Shown one piece after another: positions 13,891-29,368 of a DNA stretch of 64,000 nucleotides. The translations under genes and the position numbers were made by a program. The first letter of the stretch is position 1; every line of letters starts with the position of its first letter. Below the pieces are notes generated by a model. That model was not told the origin of the DNA, ran no database searches, and worked only from the letters and a program-made list of their open reading frames with translations. The DNA comes from Octopus vulgaris (taxonomy: Eukaryota), in the NCBI GenBank assembly GCA_951406725.2, contig OX597831.1, forward strand, positions 55,180,001 through 55,244,000, read 5' to 3'.

Positions 13891-15489
13891 TTAAAGCAAA
13901 ACATATTTCTCACAAAATGGTGCTGCTGATAGGATACAAACTGTGAATTTCTTAGCTGGTTGATATATGATTCAGTTATATATGCATCCGTCCCACCTTG
14001 AACTCATCAAAACCAATTTCTAATAGGTGGTGGTGGTGGTGGTGGTGGTAGGGAAGTTACATGAAAATAACAGTCATCAAAGCCAATAGAATACCTAATT
14101 TGTCCTGATGTTACAAGTCCAAGACCCACTGAGATGAACTTTGCCTTTCATCCTCTCGGAGTTGATTTAAAACACCGATCCAGGGTGATGGATTGGTAGA
14201 ACTTTGAGTGCATCAGACAGGATTCTTTGCAGTCTCTGTTCTAATACCAGGTTGTATTGGCCTCACTTTCCCTTGGACAGAATTAATGGCATGGAGTTCT
14301 TTGTGTCCATTGGCAGTTCTTTGTGTCCAAAGATAGCAAGGAAGAACGTGATTGCCTATATACAGAGTTGTGGCTGCAACTACCAGCACCATCCAGTACC
14401 TGTCAATTTTGTCTCTTCTCCATTAGTGCAGGGATCTTTTTCCTGCCTGCACTTAGTGGTTTTAAAGTGAGTCAGCTCACACAATCTGATTCCATTCCTC
14501 AGACTTGGAAGTCTGACTGCAGTGACTCAGTGGATTCAGACGGCTGCAATGACCAGCAAACTGTAGGTTTTTCACTGGAATGGCCTTTTCCTAGGAGAAT
14601 TGCCTTACAGAGTTGGAGATTTCCACCTACCTGGAATTGCCAGAAGGGTGTTGAAGAGAGCACTAGACTGCCTGTAGGACTTCACTCCTTGATATGCTGT
14701 CAAGGTTGTCCCACATAGCCTTTTCCTTTCCCAAAACGCTCACAAGGAATGCTAATTAACCCATAGCTGGGACCTTGATGGGTGCTGCTACTCTGGGTCA
14801 GAGTAGACCTGGGAACAATAATAGCCCAGAGTTAGTTTCACACTCTTCAAAACCCTGAAACTTGCAAACCAGGGCCCCACTACCAGTTGCAGTTTAAAGT
14901 TATACCCAGGACATTATGGGTAACAGCTAGTCTTCTTCACAGTACTATGCTTAGGTCTGTGCCTTGGCAAGTGACTGTTCAGATGCTAAAATCCATAGTC
15001 AATTATGACTATGATCAGAAGAGTTCTAAAGAACTTCTAAAATGTGAGAACTTACAGTTTCTATTTCAGTTCCTCTTATAGTAAAAGCTACAAGCAATAA
15101 AAATCAGCATTTTACCCAAAGGAAGATTTGAATCTCATCTACATAAATGCAATGGAAACCAAAGATAATTGCTCTTGGAATACTGAATCAAAAAGAGTAA
15201 TGAGTTCTGAAAATAAACCACTAAAAAAAGACACATTCAATGTCTACAGTAAGAGTTTGAATTCATGAAAATGAAAACGAAGCATATCCTCTTTCTACCT
15301 TGTATGGGTCTGCAAGAGATATTTGATACTTCTATTCCTCTCAACACAGTAGTAAACCTCAACTATCTTTTACAGAATGAACTCTTTACCATTAAGATTG
15401 CCACTATCCTCCTCATCTCACAACAGTTATACTTGAATTCCTGATTGTTGTTGGTCTTGTTTCTCGTGTGAGTGACATGTAAAATGTAC

Positions 15490-15920
15490 TCGTGCTGGTG
15501 ACACATAAAAAGCACCTGTGCCAGTGATATGTAAACGGTACATTAGGAAGGGCGAAGAGCTGGTAGAATCGTTAGCACGCCGGGTGAAATGCTGAGAGGT
15601 ATTTCGTCTGCCATTACGTTCTGAGTTCAAATTCCGCCGAGGTCGACTTTGCCTTTCATCCTTTCGGGGTCGATAAAATAAGTACTAGTTACGCACTGGG
15701 GTCGATGTAATCGACTTAATACTTATGTCTGTCCTTGTTTGTCCACTCTGTGTTTCGCCCTTTGTGGGTAGTAAAGAAATAGGTACATTAGGAAGGGCAT
15801 CCAACCATAGAAACCAAACTAAAACAAACTGGAACCTGGTGCAGCTTACCAGTTTCAGTCAAACCATCTAACTCATGCCAGCATGGGAAACAGATGCTAA
15901 ATGATTATGACGATGATAAT
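15490..15920 (+). mobile_element. SINE family D interrupted by a family B copy
   Basis: cgtgctggtgacacataaaaagcacc...ttaggaaggg continues after the insert as ttaggaagggcatcc...(gat)n. Confidence 0.75.
15551..15781 (+). mobile_element. SINE family B with 14-bp TSD
   Basis: TSD ggtacattaggaag at 15537-15550 and 15782-15795. Confidence 0.9.
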
Positions 15921-16514
15921 GTGGCCATAACTGCATTATTTACGGGATGACTCAATATATTCCCATCTATCCAAGATGAAGACGAATACCAACATCCCAT
16001 ATGTAGGCTTGATAATTGCAGAGAATTTTTGGCATGAAGCTAATTGTAGCCTTCTTAACTCACAAATAAAGAATATTTATCCACAAATGCAATGTTGAGC
16101 ATTTATTCACACTGTTCAATATTAGCGTGTATGTGTGTGTGTGTGTGTGTTTTTGTCCTGCCCCTTGTCATTGCTTGACAGTCAGTGTTGATTTGTTTAT
16201 GTTCTTGTAATTTAGTGGTGCAGCAAAAGAGATCAATAGAATAAGTACAAGACCACCACCACCACCACCACTGTAGCCATCATTGTTGTCATTGTCATTG
16301 ATTTGATGTCCACTTTTCCACACTTGCATGGGCCAAACAGAATTCATCAAGGTAGGTTTTTCCTATGGCTGGATGCTCTTCCTGTCACCAACCCACCCCT
16401 TTATTTCCAAACCAAGTGATATTTCCCCATGACCAGAAATGTTCTCATGGAAGATTGGAAACAAAAGGCACTGCTTGTATAACACTTCTAAGGTAACATT
16501 ACAACTTTACACTA

Positions 16515-16734
16515 CCGCTTTAGTATCCAGATTATTCTGTTTAAAGTAATGCTTAATCATTCACATTGTTTTAATTTAATCATGCATTATCTCATAGCTT
16601 CAAGATTTCAGTGACACGATCGTGTATTTTTAAAATGATATTGTTAGGTAGATGTGAAAGGCCAGATCTAGCTGGCTTCAACAAAGACATGTAGAATATT
16701 TGGGCTGGATATGGGTGGTTTAAATACTAAAGGG
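16515..16734 (+). mobile_element. piggyBac-type MITE (family E)
   Basis: Ends aaatactaaaggg-TTAA; internal sequence matches the copy at 13670. Confidence 0.75.
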
Positions 16735-16971
16735 TTAAGGAGTGGAACATACAATTTCCTGTAATTCAGACTGCCCCGTGATCCCAGCAGACAGAATGGA
16801 AAAGGTGCTACCCTGGAGGATGGCAAGAGAAATGTGCTGGGACAGCCACTCTAACTCATGGGACTCATACTTGCAGATAACCATCTCCACCCCAAGAAAA
16901 ATAAATGAATAAGAAGAGCTCAGAGATTCACTTCTAATTTCCTGCACTCGTGCATTTAATATTCAATGTAA

Positions 16972-17325
16972 AGTTCAGTCCTACTGTATGGCACCTTGGG
17001 CAAGTGTCTTCTACTATAGCCTTGGGCTGACCAAAGCCTTGTGAGTGGATTTGGTAAACAGAAACTGAAAAAAAGCCCGTCGTATATATCTATATGTATA
17101 TATATGTGTGTGTTTGTGTGTCTGTGTTTGTCCCCCCAACGTCGCTTGACAACCAATGCTGGTGTGTTTACATCCCTGTAACTTAGCAGTTCGGCAAAAG
17201 AGACTGATAGAATAAGCACTAGGCTTACAAAGAATACGTCCTGTGGTCAATTTGCTCGACTAAAGGTGGTGCTCCAGCATGGCCGCAGTCAAATGACTGA
17301 AGCAAGTAAAAGCGTAAAAGAGCGC
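16972..17325 (+). mobile_element. tRNA-derived SINE (family A), 5'-truncated
   Basis: gttcagtcctactg..ggcaccttgggcaagtgtcttctactatagcc, central (TA/TG)n, 3' stem-loop cagtcaaatgactg and agtaaa tail. Confidence 0.85.
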
Positions 17326-17409
17326 AAAGAACACAACAAATTTCCTCCCAGCAATAAATCAAAAGAAACTAACACCACTATCATCATCATTATAATAAAT
17401 GCAAGCCAA

Positions 17410-17615
17410 CAAAGGAGCTTCTATGTGGTGGCTTGAGTTACAAGAAAAAGCAGTCAAATCTCTTTCAAAGCACATCTCACAATATTAAATAAATAAAGAT
17501 TTATTGAATAATGTAGTTAGTCCTTGATATAAAAAAAGATATGATGGCCACACCCGGAAATCCTTTCATCCTAGGTTTGCTTGATCAGGACTGACCTACA
17601 GGTTAAACAACAGCA
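17410..17615 (+). mobile_element. Old interspersed repeat (family F, (AAC)n tail)
   Basis: agaaa.agcag.caaatctc...gatcaggactgacct..ggttaaacaac. Related copies at ~3470-3660(-), 7270-7470(-), 13270-13490, 18525-18720 and 53720-53925. Confidence 0.6.
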
Positions 17616-17764
17616 ACTCTAGCAACAGTAGTAACAATAATGATGACAACAACAGCAAAAACAATAATATTATAATCATTGTGTCCATCTTCAATATTTA
17701 TATTATGACCACATTCAATGTGTCTTCTATTTCTGTCCAATGATCTTATCTATCTATCTACCTA

Positions 17765-17847
<83 letters not shown>

Positions 17848-18112
17848 ACATATATAGGATTATATGTGTGTACTCATGTTGGTGTAATTTTCCAGTAGTT
17901 TCTGTGCATTCGTGTGTGTGTAAGCAATGTGTGTTTCCATACACACACTGACTAGTACAATAATTATGATGAATCAATATTTAAGAAAAATCAATAGAAC
18001 CAGTAAATAATATAGGACAGAATAAAAAAAAAAAACAATGAAGAAAAAACAAAGGCCGGCTGCAGAGTAATGGCTACAATCCATAATAAAAGCCGGGAAC
18101 ATCTACATGATC

Positions 18113-18505
18113 CTCTTTACTCCTTTTACTCTTTTACTTGTTTCAGTCATTTGACTGTGGCCATGCTGGAGCATCGCCTTTAGTCGAGCAAATCGACCCC
18201 AGGACTTATTCTTTGTAAGCCTAGTACTTATTCTATCAGTCTCTTTTGCCGAACTGCTAAGATACGGGGACGCAAACACACCAGCATCGGTTGTCAAGCG
18301 ATGTTGGGGGCACAAACACAGACACACAAACATACACAAACACACATATATATATACATATATACGACAAGCTTCTTTCAGTTTCCGTCTACCAAATCCA
18401 CTCACAAGGCTTTTGTCGGCCCGAGGCTATAGTAGAAGACACTTGCCCAAGATGCCACGCAGAACCATGTGATTGGTAAGCAACTACTTACCACACAGCC
18501 ACTCC
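18113..18505 (-). mobile_element. SINE family A
   Basis: Near full-length reverse copy with (tttactc)n tail. Confidence 0.9.
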
Positions 18506-20084
18506 TACTCCTAAGATCCCCGAACTTACTAGAAATAGCAATCAAATTTCATCAAGTTACAGCCCCACAGACTTAAAAATGAAAGGAATGCATTGGCTGT
18601 TGTTGTTCCAGGAAGCCTAAAAAAGACTTGATGCTGGCCATGGGCTGGAATGGCTTTTTTGATTATAGATCTGTAGGTATGCTCAATTAGGACTGACCTT
18701 GGGTTAAAGAACATCAACAGTAACAACAATAATATCCAGCATCAAAAATAACAACAACAGCAGCAGTAGCAGCAGTAATAGTAACAATATATAAAAACTA
18801 GGAGAACTAGAAGTGTCTAATAGCCAGAATATGCCACACTAAAAGTTAGCACTGCACTTCAGAGTTAACGTGAGATGAAGTCTCAACACTCAAGAGTATT
18901 CAGTGAAATGTTTATACACCACATATTTTTGTATACTTAAGCATGTGTCCATCCTTTAGACAAGCTAAAAGACAATTATTTTCTTTAGACATACTCAACA
19001 GTTGTGGTGCTAAAAGCAACAAATTTTTAAGAATTGTCAGATCATTGAATATGGTGCCTTGTAGTATTTGTTACAATTTTCTGTGCTCTAAGTTCAAATC
19101 CTACCAGATATCAACTTTATCTTTCATCCTTTTGTAGTGGAAGTCCATCATGTATCACCATGTCTCATCATCATCATCATCCTGTAACATCTGTTTTACA
19201 TGCTGGCATGGTTTGGATGGTTTAACAAGCTCAGGAGAGCTGCACTAGGTTCCAGTCTGATTTGGTTTGGTTTCTATGGCTTGGTGCCTTTCTCAATATC
19301 AATTACTTTACAGAAAGGTAATAAGGGTCTGTGATGTTACTTCACTTGGAATTTCAATGACCTTCCAAATTGTTAGAATTTTGCCTAGTTTCCAAAGTCT
19401 CCAGATTTAGCAGTATTAATTGGCTGAAGGTGATAGTAGAAGACACTTTCCCAAAATGCTATGCAGTGAGATTGAACCCTAAACCATGTAACAGGGAAGC
19501 AAACTTCTTAACCACACAGCTATGCTTGTAGTTGATATATTTTACTACTCATTTTTACAATATGGAGTGTGACATATCTGTTATTTTAGATGTTCTATAT
19601 AATATTTTACCATTTATTATTTGGTGGTTTATTTTGGATGCAAATATTTGTCAGTGGATTTTTCTTTATGTAATGCTGTTTTATGAGAGGTGATAGTGTA
19701 TTGCTTTATAGTTTATCCTTACTTTTTACCAGGCTGGAAGTTATTTCTCTTGCACAATTAAGAATACTTTTGTATGTTGTTTTATGGGATAAGTTTTCTA
19801 GTTGTGCCTATAATTTATTTATTAAATTATACACTAGTTTCTGTGTTGCTGATTGTGGAGCTGCTAAATTCTGTGAACCTTGATTTTGTTTTATAGTAAG
19901 ACAGTGAAGTTAGTGGTGGTGATGGTGGTGACAGTTGTGATGTGTGTGTGTATGTAGGTTTGGTGATACAAACAGGAAAACAGAATGCAAAACATGAGTA
20001 TATATAATTTGTACTTATTAATTTGCAAAAGTTACAGAGTAACTCAAGGGCCAAGAGTTTTTTGTATTGATACTTATAATATCA

Positions 20085-20720
20085 TTACTAGAACAAATCA
20101 TAAAAACAGGCCTAAGAATAGATGCAGGAAAATGATCTGGTTTGCCCCCCACTTCTCCCTAGATGCTAAAACTGATGTAAGAGATTCCTGTCTCAGAAAA
20201 TCACAAATACATAAAGATCTTTAACAAATTCTCAATTAAATTATCATATAGCTTCTGCCTCAATATGAAGTTCAGCATTACCCATAAACACCACCAAGAG
20301 CCTACTGGCTGTTGTAACTGTCAAGACCCTGCAGCTTGCCCACTTGACCAGGCATGCATGATAATCTCTGTCATATATGAGGTAGAAGTAACAGTGATGC
20401 TACATAATAACCTCGCTGAAAAAAGGAATTGTATCAGGTTATGCAAAGGCAACTTCAAAAGATGCTATGCTAACCACCTATCTTCTTTCTGGCATATGGA
20501 CAAAAATAAAGCCATTGAGTTGGCTAACCATGTACGGGACTATCAAGTGAAAATCATAGAAAAATCCATGCCATATGTTAATGGATTTAAAAAATGCAAG
20601 TTATGTGAACAGAAAGATCACATATCCTTTTTATATCGAGAATTCCACCACACTACTGAATTCCAGATCAGAAATTTGCAGCAAATGCAAACACATGAAC
20701 AAGTTTCTTTTGATGAATTA
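20085..20720 (+). mobile_element. Penelope-like element fragment: Cys-rich linker plus GIY-YIG endonuclease (Neptune-type), decayed
   Basis: RKMIWFAPHFS (IIWFNPPFS-like), IKLSYS..NM, CNC..CPL..C, VIYEVEV, CIRLCKGNFKRCYANHLSSF (YIG..FKxRYxNH-like), PYVNGFKKCKLC; several frameshifts. Confidence 0.85.
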
Positions 20721-21727
20721 GAGAACACAATCCTCTCTGTCAAAGAATCCAACTATCCCAGCATAGGAGGATGTGAAATGATGATGATCATGATGATAGT
20801 ACACATAACACACACTCAAATATATATATTATATCATATTATCTTACCTTATATTATATAAGTGTATTTATTCTGTGTTGCTATTTTTATTTTGAATGCT
20901 TGGATATCGAGTGTTATCTTGCTTTAATAGATTTTCAATGTTGTTTAAGCTATATACAAAATGTATGATTTTACGTATGCCATGAGCCCCATCAGTAATA
21001 TGGATATGGTCTTTACATTGTGACTAATTTCAACCAGAGGACTGTGGTCATACTGGAACACCACTTACAGAGTTTGTTCAATTGTATAAGAGTATAATTA
21101 TAGATTTGAAGTATCTTTCTTGTGTTGTAAAAATGTTACTTGAACTATAGCAATATGAATGTCACATGGCATGATAACATTTTTAGTTCATTTTTTAATG
21201 CTGTTCAGGCTACTACTTGTGAATTGTAGTTGGCTTTTAAAAAAAATGTTGGTGGTTTGCTTACAAGGTTTACTTCCGTATGTGTTCTTGGATTTTTAAA
21301 AGTATTCTGTGTAGAGAAAAGAGAGATAACAATAAAGCTTCCTGTTTTTACAATTGTTATCATTATTATCATTATTGTTTCTGAAATGTCATGCAGTTAT
21401 GTGGAGTTTAGTAAATAGTGTTGTTTGAACATATTTATGTGAGTACAATGGACAATACTTATTCTTTTTGAGATTAGAATCACCATTCTCACGTATCATC
21501 CACATATGAGCATGTGTTTCTGTGAACCAGACTTGAATTACTTGACTGGCATTCAAGTCATGACTATTCTGTCATTTATTATTTTTTTCTCAAGATCATT
21601 TTATGCAGAATATCTATTTTTAAGATGGTAGTAAAAATTTGAAGCAGAACTACTATATAAAAGTTCTTTTGTTTGAATGGAGATTGATATGGATGATAGT
21701 AGCAGTAGTGTTAATCAAGATGGTAAT

Positions 21728-22135
21728 TTACTCTCTTTACTCTTTTACTTGTTTCAGTCATTTGACTGCGGCCATGCTGGAGCACCGCCTTTAGTCGAGC
21801 AACTCAACCCCAGGACTTATTCTTTGTAAGTTCAGTACTTATTCTATCGGTCTCTTTTGCCGAACCGCTAAGTGACAGGGACGTAAACACACCAGCATCG
21901 GTTGTCAAGCAATGCTAGGGGGACAAACACAGACACACAAACACACACACACATATATATATATATACATATATACGACAGGCTTCTTTCAGTTTCCGTC
22001 TACCAAATCCACTCACAAGGCATTGGTCGGCCCGGGGCTATAGCAGAAGAAACTTGCCCAAGATGCCACGCAGTGGGACTGAACCCGGAACTATGTGGTT
22101 GGTTAGCAAGCTACTTACCACACAGCCACTCCTGC
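21728..22135 (-). mobile_element. SINE family A, full-length, young
   Basis: Retains many CpGs; flanked by taattt on both sides. Confidence 0.9.
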
Positions 22136-22659
22136 TAATTTGTTAGTGACTTCTAAGTAATAAGAGCAGATTGTGGTAAGAGTGATAAACAATGGTAGAA
22201 ATCCAACAGTGGTATGTATGACAACATTGTACCTTGTATCATTTTGATGAGGGTTGCTGTGCAATTATGGTAATATTAGTAGAAATGTTAATGATACCAG
22301 TAGCAGAGATATTAGTGATGATATTCATGGAAGTAATGGTGGTGATGATATTCATGGAAGTGATGACGGTTGCAGCTGTGGCAGTGGCTGTAATTGTTGT
22401 AGAAGGGTGAGATTATGTTGATGGGACAGCAGCAGTGGTGTTTGTGAAATGAACTTTCAAGCTTCACAGAATGAAACCTAATGACAACCTTTAGTTAATG
22501 TACATAACTATTTGATGGCACAAGAATCTTCAGTAAAAAAAATCACCCTTGATCCTATATACAAAATTGGTTCATCCCATAAGCCATTTTTGTCCCTGAT
22601 GCTCACTACTATAGGCTAATTTTTATCCTGAAATTAGGGTGCATCTAATATAAGGGTAA

Positions 22660-22990
22660 ATACCCACTTCAGTCATGAATGACCATGGGATTGCAACTAC
22701 AAAGTTACCCTCCAAGGTACAAGTCCAAGTAAGGTTTTTAATGGAAGACCAGCAGTTGCCCATGCATACCAGTCTTCCTTCTCCATGCCACCGATTTTAT
22801 CCAAGGAAAAGGCAAGGGTGGATACAACCTGGCACCAGTGACATTGCAACTCATTTCTACAGATGAGTGAATTGGAGCAATGTGAAATAAAGTGTCTTTC
22901 TCAAGAACACAACACACAGCCTAGTCTGGGAATCAAACTCACTACCTAATGATTGTGAGTCCGACACTCTAACCACTGAGCCTATGCCAT
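22660..22990 (-). mobile_element. SINE family C
   Basis: Reverse complement of the copy at 9283. Confidence 0.8.
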
Positions 22991-23839
22991 CAAATACAGT
23001 AGTATACAATGAACAATAGCAACAGTGGATAAGGCAGCAAATAACAAAAAAAAAACAAATATATATATACATATGTATGTATATACAACACTTTGGTGGG
23101 TATAGGGCAAGCATGGGCAACCTTTATCAAACTGTGGCCACATGAGACAGGGCTCATCATCTATAAAATTTAAGGTAGTTTTTTTTTTTTTTGTTACATC
23201 TACATTCAAGAAGTTCTGCAGGTTGTAGGTTGCTCATGACTGGTGTAGGGGGATTTAAGGGCTGATGTTTGATTGCAGTATTCTGGTGAGAAGAGAATTC
23301 CCATAGTAATTGATACTTATTTCAGATAACTAAATAAACTGAGCTACTTAGAATTAAATGTACTGTACAAATACATAACAGAATGCCTGCCCACCATTTG
23401 AACTCAAAAGCTTTTGTACTGGTAGCTCAAGACATCCATTTGATCATTTCACAGCTATTTAATGATTTTTAATGTGAAGAAATTAAAAATGAAAATTAAA
23501 ACTGAAATAAACCTGTAGTCAGCTAAGCAGACTGAGCAAGCTTCTATTTGTAGCATAGTCCTGCTAATTTCTCATTATCTTTAGTAAGTACAATTATTTT
23601 AATGCAACAACTGCCACTGAATTCATTGAATCAGTTACTGAATTACCATACATCACTCATCTATTCCTCAGATAAACAGCTTTTAGAAATGGATATGGAT
23701 GTTTAAGGTAATTAATCTGCTTTGCTTTGAAACATTACAAACAAGCTCATAAAACAGTTTTATTATAGAGTACTGACTAATTATTATTTTACAGATATAC
23801 CTCATTTGGAGGCTGACAAATTAGGTTATATATCACAAA

Positions 23840-24040
23840 GATCATTTCTATGGAGATATTTGATGAGACCTCACAAGCAGCTAATATAACTGATTCAATA
23901 TAAATTTGAGCAACTTCGGCAACTCTTGACAACAAACAAATTAGTTTTGAGATGAAAACGAAGAGAGGCACTAACTCAATACATGGATCAAAACTGACAC
24001 ACAAGAAATGGAGAGACAGTGGATGTATACTGAAATGAAA
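23840..24040 (+). mobile_element. Possible very old PLE reverse-transcriptase remnant
   Basis: Broken frames give FDETSQAANI (FDVTSLFTNI-like), KQISFEM (IKFTME-like), YMD..KLT and VDVY*K. Confidence 0.3.
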
Positions 24041-24618
24041 AAAAAAATTAATGGTCCAACAGATATGAAATATGAAGTAGACATAGAGAATGTGCGACAA
24101 GAAGTCCAAAAAGTTCAAAAGTATCAAAGCTGTCTATGGTTGGTGTGGGTAGGAAGCAAGAAAATTAAGTGGTCTGTGAAAAATAAAATGAACAGCAAGA
24201 AGTTAATAAATGAAAAAGACATTACGTCTCAGTAATTCTTTAACGCAATGAAATATGATATCTTCTATTAGTACAGAGACTAGACATAGTAAAAGCAACT
24301 TTGAATATGACCAAAATAGTCAAAAGAAAAATGGCTGAGTAACACATGGATTGTTAATTCCAATTTGCATCATGCATTTCATTGTTTTCCACCACAGACC
24401 CTTCATACAACATCTAAGCTCACCCAAGTGAGGGAAGTAAGTACCAGCTGTTCTGTTTTTTTATAGAAAAGTTTTCAATACACTAGCATCCTATATAACT
24501 GAGATTTATATCTTAAAATGCTATTGAAAACTGGACCATTATAATTTGTGAGAGGATTAACTTTTAATTCTACCTAAGCAGACTGGATAAAATATAAACT
24601 GTAGCCAAAATGAACAAT

Positions 24619-24781
24619 AGGTGTAGGTGTGGCTGTGTGGTAAGAAGCCTCCTTCCTGATCACATGTTCTGGGGTCAGTCCCACTGTGTGGCACCTTGGG
24701 CAAATGTCTTCTACTTTAGCCTCAGGCTGGCCAAATCTTTGTGAGAGGATTTGGTAGACAGAAACTGAAAGAAACCCATCA

Positions 24782-24829
<48 letters not shown>

Positions 24830-25021
24830 GACCACTGCCTGACAACAAGTGATGGTTTGTTTCTATCCCCATAACTTAGCAGTTTGGCAAAAAGAGACCG
24901 GTAGAATAAGTATCAGGTTTTAAAAAGAAATAAGTAGTGGGGTTGAGTCATTCAACTAAAAGTTCTTCAAGGCATTGCCCGAGTATGGCCACAGTCTAAT
25001 GACTAAAACAAGATAAAAGAA
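24619..25021 (+). mobile_element. SINE family A
   Basis: Full-length; the central microsatellite is (GA)n in this copy. Confidence 0.85.
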
Positions 25022-25736
25022 TAATGACATTAGTGATGGTGGTGTCAAAGCAAAAGGCCACACATATTTGGGGGGGAAAAAACACTTTTTCATGTTTGCT
25101 TGGGCCAGACAGAATTCATAGATGTGGATTTTCTACAACTGGCTACAACTGGATGCCCTTCCAGCCACCAACCCTTTACCTGTTTCCAAACAAAGTAACG
25201 TTTTCCCATGGCCAGACATGTTTTTCATGGAGGACTGGAAATGAACAACACTGCTTGTATGATGGTGATGCTTGTTTACAACCATCATGTGATGTCAAAA
25301 CAAGAGTATACACACATATGCACACACACAAACACACATACATACATATAAACACATATATATGAATAAAGACCCACACATATACAATTGAGCTTCTTTC
25401 AAGTTCTGTCTGTCAAATCCTCTCATAAGGCTTTGCTTGGTCCAGAGCTATAGCAGACGAAACATAGCCAAAGTGCCACACAGTAGAACTGAACTCAACC
25501 ACAGAATCATGCCTTGCATCTCTTTGGGTAAGAGAACATTCAATGAAACTAACTGCAGTAATTTGCTAGTATTTTATTCTCTCAAATTCTTTAGAAGAAA
25601 GAAAGGCAAAGTCAACTATGGTAAGATTTAAATAGAAAATAAAGTGAATAAACTAAAATGCCACAAAGCATTTTATGTGCAGCCACTTTAACACATTCTG
25701 CCATCCACCAGCCTCATTATTGCCACCACTTCCACC

Positions 25737-25768
<32 letters not shown>

Positions 25769-26209
25769 CAAGCTTCAAACAATCACTCCATTTCCCAACA
25801 GATAAAAGACAATGTATGGCCCAAGAGATCAAGACTAAGAATAACAGCTTAAAGTTGTTGTTAACCTTTTGGTACAACCAGAATAAGTAATAGTTGCCAT
25901 ACTAAAATAGATGCCATTTATTATATTATCTTTGTCATGAAATTGAGAAAGCAACATCAAATTTGGAGAGTTTCTGATTCTGAGTCACAATTCTGTCAAG
26001 GTCAATACTGTGGTCAATGAAATAAAGTATAAATTTTACAGACACACACAAGTACATGTATTTATGAGTGTATATATGTGTGTATGTGTGTATATCCCCA
26101 CATATATGTGCATGTTTGTCTGTCTATCTGTATGTATGTATATGCATGTGTGTATGTGTACGCATACATATATATGTAAGTATGTATGTATGTACATACA
26201 GATGTGCAT

Positions 26210-27364
<1,155 letters not shown>

Positions 27365-28024
27365 CTCACATGTACATTTATGTGTGTGCATGAGTGTGTA
27401 TGTGAGTGCATGTGTGTGTGTGTGTGTCCACATATATGTGCATGTTTGTCTGTCTATCTGTATGTATGTATGTGTATGCATACATATATATGTAGGTATG
27501 TATATACGTATGTACGTATGGATGTGCATATGTGGGTGGGTGTGTGCGCGCGTATGCACGTAGGTAGAGTAACTAAATCAGACAGAAGTTTATGTGAATA
27601 GAATTTCCAAGTTGGAGAAAGAGTCATCTAAAGGATGAGCCTACTTAGCGAACTCTGTGGTGATTTGATAAGGCAAATGAAGAAAACATGGCGATTTGAA
27701 CATGACAAAAATAAATCCTGCTAGAATTGTTATCAATAAAATTATTGTGCAGGAGGAAAACACTGACTACAAATCTCTATTTAAAGGTAATTTCTAACAA
27801 AGATATATCACCTTCATTGCTTTATATATATATATATATATATTTATACATAGACATATACATACAAACACACATACATACATACATACATACGTATGTG
27901 TGTATGTATGTGTATACATATATATATATGTGTGTGTGTATGCATGTGTGCGTGTGCAAGCATACATGTATCCATGAGTATATGCATGTACATATATATA
28001 TGCTTAATTCATATACAGTCTTTC

Positions 28025-28058
<34 letters not shown>

Positions 28059-28499
28059 GTGTATATATGCAAATTTTGTGGGGGTCTTTTGGTGTATGTG
28101 TGCGTGCAGTTGTGTGATGACGTACAAGATTTCTTTCTTTTTTCTCTCTTTATTTCTTTACTTATTCCTTTATCTGTGTATTTGCTTATTGAACAACATA
28201 ACAGGCAAACTATTTGAATTATCCACGTGACATTATGATTCATTCTAGAACAATCCAGAGGGAAATTTATCAACAACTATATAAACCCACAGGCCTTCGA
28301 CCTGTGACTAGTTTGATAAGTGCCAAAGCATAAAACTCTCAGACCTTGAGTCATTCTGTTACTGCTAAATATCAATAAAATATATTCAGACCACAATGGG
28401 TGAAGACAAGCCACACACTTGAAACTTAGAGTACCAAGAAGTCTGAATCAAACTGTTTTGGTCTATACATGTAACTTCCAACAAATGTGCTGAGTGCCC

Positions 28500-28690
28500 T
28501 TCTTTCTTTTGTCTACTTTCTATTTTTTTCATTCTCTCTCTATTTATTTCCTCTTATCCCTTTCTGTCAAAGAGCATAGACTCAAAACATAAAAAACTTC
28601 TCCATTTTTCCCAAGCATCAAACTAATACACTTGCTTGTTGTTCCTACACCTGTCTTCATCTTTTGTCTTTCTATAAATTTGAACTGTGT
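28500..28690 (+). mobile_element. Short PLE-type non-autonomous repeat with a decayed minimal hammerhead (28560-28597)
   Basis: ttt-CTGTCAA-a-gagcatagactc-AAAA-cata-aaa; homologous to the 41470-41680 (-) copy. Confidence 0.55.
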
Positions 28691-28839
28691 GTGTGTGTGT
28701 AAATAAATAATATTTCTCTCTCACCAAATGGAGTACTTTTTGTTGCTCTTTCTATCACAGAACAGTTCATTCCGCGGGTGTACTGTTGGCGATTTTTTTT
28801 TCCTCTGTCTTCCCTTCTCTGGATCTTTCCTTCTTCTAT

Positions 28840-28874
28840 GTTTCCGAGGAAGAGCTCCGCTCGAAACATTAAAC
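28840..28874 (+). ncRNA. Minimal type I hammerhead-like motif within a second short PLE-type repeat (~28720-28970)
   Basis: Stem I gttt/aaac, core CCGAGGA, stem II gagc/gctc, GAAA, then catt (CGTT after CpG decay). Confidence 0.6.
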
Positions 28875-28960
28875 CCTCCTTCTTTCCTGAGCGTCCAATA
28901 ATACTATATTTGTTCCACATCCTCGCGTTGTTGTGTTTTTTTGTGCTTTCTTGTTTGGAT

Positions 28961-29018
<58 letters not shown>

Positions 29019-29078
29019 TACATAAGTCTATGTATGTATATATGTATACATACATAGATACACGCACACACACACACA

Positions 29079-29368
29079 TTGTGTCATCCCATAAATAATG
29101 CGTTTTTTTCATACTTCTTTTATTTCTCAAAATTAAGATAAAGTTCTTTTTTAATCTAAAATATACTCTCCTTTATTTTCTACAATGCTCTTCAATTTAT
29201 CTGGTAGACTTGCAAAGCCCCACTTCCAAAATTCACTCGTCTATGATGAAAAATACTCCTCTAGTACTGTTCTGACCTCGTCTACAGAATTCATATTTTT
29301 TCTGTCCATATGATTTTGAAGACTGCAGAATAAATGATAATCCGATGGGGCAATGTCAGGCAAATATG
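29079..29368 (-). mobile_element. mariner transposon 3' fragment (transposase C-terminus plus TIR)
   Basis: Minus frame YLPDIAPSDYHLFCSLQNH...EYFSS*TSEFW...IVENKGEYILD* (stop 29151-29153); TIR ttgtgtcatcccataaataatgcg. Confidence 0.9.

Noticed and set aside
14260-14740. 131-aa ORF / possible RTE 5' UTR ribozyme on the minus strand
   Set aside because: No protein motif; only a weak RTE-like UTR motif, and no twister or HDV fold could be built by eye.
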